Shown piece after piece: positions 13,217 through 24,200 of a stretch of DNA of 64,000 nt. Position 1 is the first letter of the stretch; every line of letters begins with the position of its first letter. The stretch is taken from the NCBI RefSeq assembly GCF_964355755.1, contig NC_092673.1:16737648-16801647 (forward strand). Reading direction: 5' to 3'. Origin of the DNA: Antedon mediterranea. Its lineage: Eukaryota > Animalia > Echinodermata. The position numbers were made by a program, and so were the translations under genes. The notes under the pieces were generated by a model. It ran no database searches and was not told the origin of the DNA. It saw only the letters and a program-made list of their open reading frames with translations.

Positions 13217-15463
13217 CAGTGTTCTCCCCAGGATTCACATCAAGCGTCATGCTTCCGTCCCCCGATTTTTGGTAATTGACACCCTAGATGGCCGGAAATT
13301 CATGCTGAATGACACCTCTAGTTTGGTCGGAAACGACACTTATAGTGCACTACCTACTTTTACGCGATAAGAAAACAATTTTTCGTTCATTACGAATGTC
13401 AGGGGGAAGTCCCCAATTTTAAAAAAGGCCTACTCATCAGTAGGACAACTCTAATTGGCCGGAAATGACACTTCATAGCGCGTTAGCAAACAGCAAAACG
13501 ATCGTAGCCTACTTTTTCCGCGGGTAAACATACGCAATAAGAAACATTTTTTGCGTTCATTACAAACGTCAGGGGGAAGTCCCCAATGACAAAAAATAGG
13601 CCTACTCGTCAGTAGAACAACTCTAGTTGGCCGGAAATGACACTTAGCGCGCTAGCAAACTGCAGAATGATCGTACTGTAGCCTACTTTTTCCGCCGGTA
13701 AATATACCCGATAAGGGGGATTAGTTCCCGATGAAATACAGCCCGACTAGTTAGTAGGACACCTTTAGTTGGCCGGAAAGGACACTTCATTTTTTTGTCT
13801 TTTATGGGCTCGTCCCACTTTTATTTCAGTTTGCAGTAAAAATTAAAAACAAAGGTCATGTTCTCCATTTTTCTTGTCACATGCAAGTGACGCGTACATA
13901 TTTGTGATTATTGTTAAAACTTGTTTTATTTTAATGACATAGTATATTTAAAAGTGAATAAAAAAAAAATTTACAATTATTAAAAACATTTACTTATGAC
14001 CTACATATATATACAAGCATGCTGAATATTGCGGATTTCATATAAATTATTAAAATTGTCTAGAAACATAATCAAGGGTTACATTTAAAATCACTTGAAA
14101 TAAAAAAGGGCTACACATTTATATTAAAACTTATACAGCATATGTCACACAAATATAAAATACAATTGTAAATCGTAGGGAGAGAGATCTCCAGCACATA
14201 TATATTTTAATTATTCAATAAGTCAAATATCTTGTCTTTACTATTTTTCCATTTCTGATCAGCAGTATAAAAGTCATACGAATAGTCATTAGATATGAGG
14301 TTTATAATTTCATTTTTAAATAGACCCCAAATATTTGCAGATTCTTTTTTTTTCTGTCGTTTCTAGTTCTTTATATATTATGGAGGATTTATATACAAAA
14401 TGTAAAAACTGAAATTAATTCGTTTACAAGTTTGTTTGTTGTTCCCAAAATTACATTAACCCACTTTGGGAAGTCTTGCTGTACTGTAACCTCATTTGGA
14501 AGACACTGAACCAGCATATCTTTAAGCTTTTTCCAGACTGGTTGAATAGTTTTACATGCAATTAATAAGTGTTCTTCATTTTCTATATGATTTTTACACT
14601 TATTACATTTGTCTGTTGTGGATAATTTCCATCTTTTTAGTATTTTTTTACATATAAGGATTCGATGTAACAACTTAAAATTAAATTGAGCTACTTTTAC
14701 GATGTGTTTCATTCTACATACTTTTCTATTCCATATTTCATTCCTGTCAATAATTTCATCTCTAAATTCTATTTCCCATTTCATTTGAGGAAAGGACACT
14801 TCATAGCGCGCTAGCAAACAGCAGAACAATCGTAGCCTTCTTGATTGGAATGCAAATGTATGATCGATGCAGCTAGCAAATGAATTGCGCCTAGCAATTT
14901 AATTATTTTTTATGGTGTGTGCATACGTAACCGACGAAAGAGTAATTAAATTTTACCAATCCATAGAGAGTCAATTAATTCAGTGTGGTATTGAAAATAT
15001 CATTAATAATTTATTTGTTAATGCACATAACATTTTTACAAGAAAATATACAATCATTATTTTAACTTTATTTACAATATACAAGTTACCGCATTTTAAA
15101 CGATTCAGGCAACAGCCAATACTAGAGATCGAAAGAGGAACATGGCAGGAACAAAACATGAGTTTACATCTCTCGGTGGCGGCCGATGAAAGTGCGTCTC
15201 AGTCGCAGTAACATTTTGTTACGCAGTCTTTTGTTTTTCGTCTAGTGGTCATGTCACGTGTCTCGTATGCATTGGGCACTTTATGCATGCCTCAGCTCTA
15301 GAAAGTACCTGCCTGTTATTAATCCATTTTTAGAAAGGTTGTGGTTGATATTTTTAAGCGTCACGGATAAGGTTTTAAGCGTCACAGCCGACCGTAAAGC
15401 GTCACGGCAGAGAACCCAAGCGTCACGATACGGTGACGCTTCAAGGGCCTGGGGAGAACACTG
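13217..15463. mobile_element. hAT-like non-autonomous element with internal subrepeats
   Basis: 16-bp perfect TIR CAGTGTTCTCCCCAGG / CCTGGGGAGAACACTG; no matching 8-bp TSD seen. Confidence 0.6.
13791..14788 (-). mobile_element. 5'-truncated LINE (L1/Tx1-like ORF2 zinc-finger end) nested in the hAT-like element
   Basis: 16-bp TSD ggaaaggacacttcat (13775-13790 and 14789-14804), T-run at the left junction. Minus ORF FNFKLLHRIL...CNKC...EEHLLIAC (zf-RVT type). Confidence 0.8.
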
Positions 15464-15724
15464 AATTACATTTTTTTAAATATAAGAAAACGTTTAAAGT
15501 ATTTTGTTGCTCCTAATCTATACTTTACATGGGTTAATGGAGATAATTTTGACACAATTTGATCTGTATATCACATGACTTTTAAGTTTAACCCAATGTC
15601 GTAACTCTTTGTATATGGTACTGGCTCCGCCCATAATTTGTTCGTTTACATTGGTTGAATAGGAATTATGATATCTTCCTAACACTATCTTTGTTTATAT
15701 TAAGTTTGCAAACGATAGATAGGT

Positions 15725-15945
15725 AAACACGATTTATATTTTCTATTTAATAGGCTGGTATGCAAGACTGATTGGGAAGTCATGTGACGCACAGAAGCAG
15801 TGACAATTATAAACACCTTATTATAGTCAAGTAGCGTCTGTTGATGTAGAGCTGTTAGTCAGACTGATTTACCAGTGGATGGAGGATTGTTTCCAGAGTA
15901 GGGTACCAACAATTCTGTTGTTCAGATTCAGTTGTAGTGTGAGTT
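15725..15945 (+). promoter_or_regulatory. Putative promoter / non-coding first exon of the ROCO gene
   Basis: Contains ATTGG (reverse CCAAT) and GGAAGTCATGTGAC (ETS core overlapping a CATGTG E-box), and ends at a gtgagt donor (~15939). An acceptor at 17747 precedes the ATG exon. The block is conserved in two paralogous copies. Confidence 0.45.
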
Positions 15946-17050
15946 TTTTATATTATTTTAACAGAATATTTAATTTAACTTTACAGAATTGTGCTTTGTT
16001 TTATGACAATTACAGGAATAGCAATACTTTGTTTGGAAATGTTGGTTCATGGCAACCCAGTTGCATCCATTGAAGTGTTTCTCAACTATTTTATTTTTAC
16101 AGCAAAAATTGCAATACAATAAAATTACAGATTTTAATTCGAAATTCAGAGGCTTAAAAGGTAATCTTGGTGAACACTACAAGGGTGATCACTATCTTTT
16201 GCTCAAATTCTGCCTATGTTATCACTTACCTTTCATTTCAGGCTTTTCATTTAATAGCACATAAATTGTTCAATAAACTTGTGTTAAAATGTTAATATCA
16301 AACGTACTAATGTCTGTTGTTGGAGAGTACAAAGGTCACAGAAGTTAGGCTGCTGAATATCTTGTAGTACTAAGTATATATTGAACGAAACATGTCTGAC
16401 ATGAAAATAAAAAAAGGTGTATTAGCCTGATAGTACAGTGATACGCCCGTATTCTTAAACCGGACTTTAGTCGTAGTTTGAACTTTGACTTTAAAAAGTG
16501 TTAGTTACTGTACAGTTACAGGCTCTAGACCCCTTGATTTCTATGCTACAATTTACCCAATAAATATAGGCATATTTTGAACTTTAAAGGTCACTTCTTT
16601 TTAAAATTGAAAAAATGGATTGACACAATTATTGCGCATCAGTTTTTTGCACACAGTATTTTATTTATGCATTATGAAAAATGGAAAAAGTGGCTACCCT
16701 AAATCTGATTAAAATTGCCTCAAAAGACGCTAGAACGCGTTGCTTCAAGGGGCTTCGCCATCTGGACCCCCACCGGGGGCCCTTGGCGGCCCCTCCCTGA
16801 CACCCAGCCTAGAGAGAGATTAACCAAATTATTAACCAAATAACTGATACGTTTTTCTGATACTCACAATTGCCTAGAGGGATGTTTTTGCCGTTTTTTT
16901 AGGGTGTAAAGTATAGCGGCCAAACTGAATGGGAGCCATTTGTTGTGTATTAATTAAAGAAAAGTCATAATTGCCGTTTGGGAAAATGAATCCACAAAAC
17001 AATGTTTCCAGTTGTTGATCTTTCAATCAATTATTATGAACAAAATAATA

Positions 17051-17692
17051 ATCTTCATTCAGTAACGCCAGCATACAAGTCATCTTCATTCAGTAACACC
17101 AGCATACAGGTCGTCTTCATTCAGTAACGCCAGCATACAGGTCATCTTCATGTAGTAACACCAGCATACAGGTCGTCTTCATTCAGTAACGCCAGCACAC
17201 AGGTCATCTTCATTCAGTAACACCAGCATACAGGTCATCTTCATTCAGTAACGCCAGCATACAGGTCATCTTCATTCAGCAACACCAGCATACAGGTCAT
17301 CTTCATTCAGTAACGCCAGCATACAGGTCATCTTCATTCAGTAACACCAGCATACAGGAGTCATCTGCATGCAGTAACACCAGCATACATCTCATCTTCA
17401 TTCAGTAACACCAGCATTTATACAGGTCATCTTCATTCAGTAATATGCAGACATACAGGTCATCTTCATTCAGTAACGCCAGCATGCAGGTCATCTTTAT
17501 TCAGTATCACCATACAGGTCATCTTCATGCAGACGTAACACCAGCATACAGGTCATCTTTCATTCAGTAACACCAGCATACATGTCATCTTCATTCAGTA
17601 ACGCCAGCATACAGGTCATCTTCATTCAGTAACACCAGCATACAGGAGTCATCTTCATGCAGTAACACCAGCATACAGGTCATCTTTCATTC
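17051..17692. repeat. 31-bp minisatellite
   Basis: Unit tcatcttcattcagtaac(a/g)ccagcatacagg. Confidence 0.93.
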
Positions 17693-17826
17693 ATTTAATG
17701 CAAAGGTTTCTGTCTGATGGAATTATGTTTTACATTCATATTTTCAGAAGAGAATGTGTAGTCTTACTTTTACACTAGAAGCTATCGGCATTAATAATTG
17801 TTAAATGAAGACACTGTATTTTTGCA

Positions 17827-18227
17827 ATGGAAAGGTACGTTTTTAACAATTATTTCAAACAAAAATAACCAGCTCCAATATGTGTTGATATTATTGAAAT
17901 ATGTAACTATTAAAAACAAATTAAAATGTTTGAATAGTTATATTGACATACTTTATAATCAGAATTTATAGTTCAAACAAAAAGAAAACACTTTGATTTT
18001 AAGATATTCTTTTGAGAAAAATACTTCAAAATTCTTAAAAGATTATAAAATCCAAAATTATTTCTAATAATTTCCATCAATCATTCTCAATAAATACACG
18101 GGTATAAATGGATTATTTCTTACATTTTGACAGGAAACTTTTGGAAGAAGCTTGGTCAAGGAATGATTTGAAAACAATTAAACAAATCTGTAAGACGCAA
18201 CCAGGTCTTCTGAAATCTATCAATAAG
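17827..18227 (+). CDS. Start exon and ankyrin N-capping repeat (MERKLLEEAWSRNDLKTIKQICKTQPGLLKSINK)
   Basis: ATGGAAAG|gtacgt (17827-17834) joins cag|GAAACTT (18134). The exon ends AATAAG|gtataa in phase 0 like the repeat exons. The helix-turn-helix pattern KLLEEA..NDL..IKQI resembles ankyrin N-caps. Confidence 0.75.
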
Positions 18228-21200
18228 GTATAAAAACAGATATATTTTTATAATATTATCAAAGAAGAAATTCTTTTCATTAAAGTTTAAAATTATAGAG
18301 GATGTAATTTTATTTAATAGTTTAAAGCTTTTTTACTTAATGAATTACAATTCTTTTGCATTATCACACTGATGATGGAGGTATAACCTGCATATACTGA
18401 TTAACCACATTAGGCTAAAAATAATAATATAAATACACACTGATGATGGAGGTATAACCTGCATGTACTGATTAACCACATTAGGCTAAAAATAATAATA
18501 TAAATACACACTGATGATGGAGGTATAACCTGCATATACTGATTAACCACATTATACACACTGATGATGGAGGTATAAACCTGCATGTACTGATTAACCA
18601 CATTAGGCTAAAAATAATAATATAAATACACACTGATGATGGAGGTATAACCTGCATGTACTGATTAACCACATTAGGCTAAAAATAATAATATAAATAC
18701 ACACTGATGATAGGGGTATAACCTGCATGCACTGATTAACCACATTAGGCTAAAAATAATAATATAAATACACACTGATGGGTATGGCAAGCCTCAGCTG
18801 TCTGGAGTATTCGAAATATTATATTATTAATAATGTGGTAAACCATTCTATTTTGTTCTACTCATGTATTAATAATGATAATTATGATTATTTACCACAA
18901 TATTTAGCAGCAATTGTTGTTGTTTGTATTGACAAAAAACAAACAATTTCACATAATGTCTGTTGTCAGTATTTATAAACTTCATTATGATTCCTTTCCA
19001 GTTTGGTGACCCTCCATTACATTCATATCTGAGGGATCGTGGATATACTGCACCTACCTTAGAAATAGTGACTTGTCTCATTCAGCATGGGGCACCAGTA
19101 GCATTGCAAAATAAGGTAAATGTACAGGGATTTGCTAGTGTAGTAGGCTAACATTCTATAGATATGCTGTGGTAAACCATTCTATTTTGTTCTACTCATT
19201 TATTAATAATGATAATTATGATTATTTACCATAATATTTAGTAGCAATTGTTGTTGTTTGTATTGACAAAAAAAACAAACAATTTCACATAATGTCTGTT
19301 GTCAGTATTTATAAACTTTATTGTGATTCCTTTCCAGGATGGTGACACTCCATTACATTCATATCTGAGGGATCGTGTATATACTGCACCTACCTTAGAA
19401 ATAGTGACGTGTCTCATTCAGCATGGGGCACCAGTAGCATTGCAAAATAAGGTAATGTACAGGGATTTGCTAGTGTAATAGGCTAACATTCTATAGATAT
19501 GATGTGGTAAACCATCCTATTTTGTTCTACTCATTTATTAATAATGATAATTATGATTATTTACCACAATATTTAGTAGCAATTGTTGTTGTTTGTATTG
19601 AAAAAAAAAACAAACAATTTTACATAATGTCTGTTGTCAGTATTTATAAACTTTATTATGATTCCTTTCCAGTATGGTAACACTCCATCACATTCATATC
19701 TGAGGCATGGACACTCTACCTCAGAAATAGTGACGTGTCTCATTCAGCATGGGGCACCAGTAGCATTGCAAAATAAGGTAATGTACAGGGATTTGCTAGT
19801 GTAATAGGCTAACATTCTATAGATATGATGTGGTAAACCATTCTATTTTGTTCTACTCATTTATTAATAATGATAATTATGATTATTTACCACAATATTT
19901 AGTAGCAATTGTTGTTGTTTGTATTGAAAAAAAAAACAAACAATTTTACATAATGTTTGTTGTCAGTATTTATAAACTTTATTGTGATTCCTTTCCAGCG
20001 TGGTGACACTCTATTACATTTACATCTGTTGAGTGTATATACACCTACCTTAGAAATAGTGACTTGTCTCATTCAGCATGGGACACCAGTAGCATTGCAA
20101 AATAAGGTAAATGTGCAGGGATTTGCTAGTGTAATAGGCTAACATTCTATAGATATGCTGTGGTAAACCATTCTATTTTGTTCTACTCATTTATTAATAA
20201 TGATAATTTGATTATTTACCACAATATTTAGCAGCAATTGTTGTTGTTTGTATTGACCAAAAAAAACAAACAATTTCACATAATGTCTGTTGTCAGTATT
20301 TATAAACTTTATTATGATTCCTTTCCAGGATGGTAACACTCCATTACATTCATATCTGGGGAGTGTACATAAACCTACCTTAGAAATGGTGACTTGTCTC
20401 ATTCAGCATGGGGCACCATTAGCATTGCAAAATAAGGTAATGTACAGGGATTTGCTAGTGTAATAGGCTAACATTCTATAGATATGATGTGGTAAACCAT
20501 TCTATTTTGTTCTACTCATTTATTAATAATGATAATTATGATTATTTATCACAATATTTAGCAGCAATTGTTGTTGTTTGTATTGAAAAAAAAAACAAAC
20601 AATTTCACATAATGTCTGTTGTCAGTATTTATAAACTTCATTATGATTCCTTTCCAGCGTGGTGACACTCCATTACATTCATATATGAGGAATGGATATC
20701 CACTTACCTTAGAAATAGTGACGTGTCTCATTCAGCATGGGGCACCAGTAGCATTGCAAAATAAGGTAATGTACAGGGATTTGCTAGTGTAGTAGGCTAA
20801 CATTCTATAGATATGCTGTGGTAAACCATTCTATTTTGTTCTACTCATTTATTAATAATGATAATTATGATTATTTACCACAATATTTAGCAGCAATTGT
20901 TGTTGTTTGTATTGAAAAAAAAAACAACCAATTTCACATAATGTTTGTTGTCAGTATTTATAAACTCCATTATGATTCCTTTCCAGTATGGTGACACTCC
21001 ATTACATATTTATCTGAGGAATGAACTTACTAGACCTACCTTAGAAATAGTGACTTGTCTCATTCAGCATGGGATACCAGTAGCATTGCAAAATAAGGTA
21101 AATGTGCAGGGATTTGCTAGTGTAATAGGCTAACATTCTATAGATATGCTGTGGTAAACCATTCTATTTTGTTCTACTCATTTATTAATAATGATAATTA

Positions 21201-24200
21201 TGATTATTTACCACAATATTTAGTAGCAATTGTTGTTGTTTGTATTGAAAAAAAAACAAACAATTTTACATAATGTCTGTTGTCAGTATTTATAAACTTT
21301 ATTGTGATTCCTTTCCAGTATGGTTACACTCCATTACATTCATATCTGGGGAGTGGATTTAAACCTACCTTAGAAATAGTGACGTGTCTCATTCAGCATG
21401 GGGCACCAGTAGCATTGCAAAATAAGGTAAATGTACAAGGATTTGCTAGTGTAATAGGCTAACATTCTATAGATATGCTGTGGTAAACCATTCTATTTTG
21501 TTCTACTCATTTATTAATAATGATAATTATGATTATTTACCACAATATTTAGTAGCAATTGTTGTTGTTTGTATTAACAAAAAAACAAACAATTTCACAT
21601 AATGTCTGTTGTCAGTATTTATAAACTTTATTATGATTCCTTTCCAGAATGGTGACACTCTATTACATTCATATCTGTTGAATGTACGTACACCTACCTT
21701 AGAAATAGTGACTTGTCTCATTCAGCATGGGGCACCAGTAGCATTGCAAAATAAGGTAATGTACAGGGATTTGCTAGTGTAATAGGCTAACATTCTATAG
21801 ATATGCTGTGGTAAACCATTCTATTTTGTTCTACTCATTTATTAATAATGATAATTATGATTATTTACCACAATATTTAGCAGCAATTGTTGTTGTTTGT
21901 ATTAACAAAAAACAAACAATTTCACATAATGTCTGTTGTCAGTATTTATAAACTTCATTATGATTCCTTTCCAGGATGGTGACACTCCATTACATTCATA
22001 TCTGAGGAGAGGAGACCCTACCTTAGAAATAGTGACGTGTCTCATTGAGCATGGGACACCAGTAGCATTGCAAAATAAGGTAATGTACAGGGATTTGCTA
22101 GTGTAATAGGCTAACATTCTATAGATATGATGTGGTAAACCATTCTATTTTGTTCTACTCATTTATTAATAATGATAATTATGATTATTTACCACAATAT
22201 TTAGCAGCAATTGTTGTTGTTTGTATTAACAAAAAACAACAATTTCACATAATGTCTGTTGTCAGTATTTATAAACTTCATTATGATTCCTTTCCAGTTT
22301 GGTGACACTCCATTACATTCATATCTGAGGGGAGGAGACCCTACCTTAGAAATAGTGACGTGTCTCATTGAGCATGGGACACCAGTAGCATTGCAAAATA
22401 AGGTAATGTACAGGGATTTGCTAGTGTAATAGGCTAACATTGTATAGATATGCTGTGGTAAACCATTCTATTTTGTTCTACTCATTTATTAATAATGATA
22501 ATTATGATTATTTACCACAATATTTAGTAGCAATTGTTGTTGTTTGTATTGAAAAAAAACAAACAATTTCACATAATGTCTGTTGTCAGTATTTATAAAC
22601 TTTATTATGATTCCTTTCCAGTCTGGTGACACTCTATTACATTTATATCTGGGGAGTGGATATAGACCTACCTTAGAAATAGTGACTTGTCTCATTCAGC
22701 ATGGGACACCATTAGCATTGCAAAATAAGGTATTGTACAGGGATTTGCTAGTGTAATAGGCTAACATTCTATAGATATGCTGTGGTAAACCATTCTATTT
22801 TGTTCTACTCATTTATTAATAATGATAATTATGATTATTTACCACAATATTTAGTAGCAATTGTTGTTGTTTGTATTAACAAAAAACAAACAATTTTACA
22901 TAATGTCTGTTGTCAGTATTTATAAACTTTATTGTGATTCCTTTCCAGAATGGTAACACTCCATTACATTCATATCTGAGACATAGAGCACCTACCTTAG
23001 AAATAGTGACGTGTCTCATTCAGCAAGGGGAACCAGTAGCATTGCAAAATAAGGTAAATGCACAGGGATTTGCTAGTGTAATAGGCTAACATTCTATTCT
23101 ATTTTGTTCTGGTTTACCACATTATTTAGCAGTAATTTTTACTGTATTGTCTCATATTATGGCATATCTGCAGCATTGCAAAATAGGGTAATGTAGGCTT
23201 ACAAAGAATTGTCAGGACAATTTCACATTTTATTGTTATCAGTATTTATAAACTTCAACTTCAGTATCAATTAGCCTCCATATTAATCAATAGTATTACT
23301 ACCTCAAAGAGTAGTATTATTTAATCAGACTTACAGATATAGAATTCTCAAGTGTTTGATTTTTTTCACATTTTTCTCTTTTTACACAAAGCACATTCTA
23401 ACAAGTTTGTTTTGATTTAGATATTCATTTATAAGTCAACTATAATTGTAATGTGTTGTTGTTGTTTTAATATTTCATTTGTATCTGGATAGTATCCAAA
23501 TATTATTTTCTTTGAAAGTTTATAGTAAAACTATTTGTTGTTTTATATTATGGCTCAAACATTTTAACACATTTACCTACTGTTCCAAAGTAAACTTTTA
23601 TTCAATTTATCTCTCTCTCTCTCTCTCAATGTTGAAGGCGGTAGACTATAAACAGCAGCGCTTAAGTTTTGGTTTGGATACAGGAGTTATAGGTGGCGCA
23701 CTGTACAAGTTGATGTCATTTATTGGCAAATAGTAATTTCTATTCACGTCCTAATTTACAACCAATGTTAAAAAATAGTAAATCTACGTGTTATCACATG
23801 ATGCTCTTTCATCCAATCTCTAGATGGTAAATGTTTGAGCCATGACTGTATGTATGTGATGCGTATTAAAGTGTGTTATATTGTATATCAATAATTTCTC
23901 AAAAACTACTAAGTAACTACACCCATTTTTTAATAGGATGGAAATACACCTGTCTCTGTTTTAGAAAGTAACAGGTGGATAGGGTACCAGAGAAAAACTG
24001 AAATTTTAAACTTCTTTAAAAGTAAGTGAAGTTTTAATTATTAAAATTTTGGAATCAACTAGTTTTCATTACAAACGATAAAGATTTGATTTTTTGTCCC
24101 AAATGAAGAAGAATGTCCAGATAAAGAAAATTAACATTTATGATATCATTCACAGGTTCAGATGGCAATAGATTAAATAATCCACTGGGATTGTAGTAAA

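Noticed and set aside
18896-18941. RAG RSS-like heptamer/nonamer (CACAATA ... ACAAAAAAC) in array introns
   Set aside because: The heptamer is only 5/7, the spacer is ~29 nt rather than 12 or 23, the nonamer-like run is absent in several units, and such matches are expected by chance in AT-rich DNA.
18869-22695. Minus-strand ORFs MRQVTISKVG... across the ankyrin array
   Set aside because: Antisense shadows of the ankyrin exons running into intron sequence, with no recognisable motif.
18835-23095. CRISPR-like appearance (constant blocks alternating with short variable segments)
   Set aside because: The constant part is ~290 bp, the variable parts are homologous in-frame codons inside spliceable exons, the context is eukaryotic and there are no cas genes.
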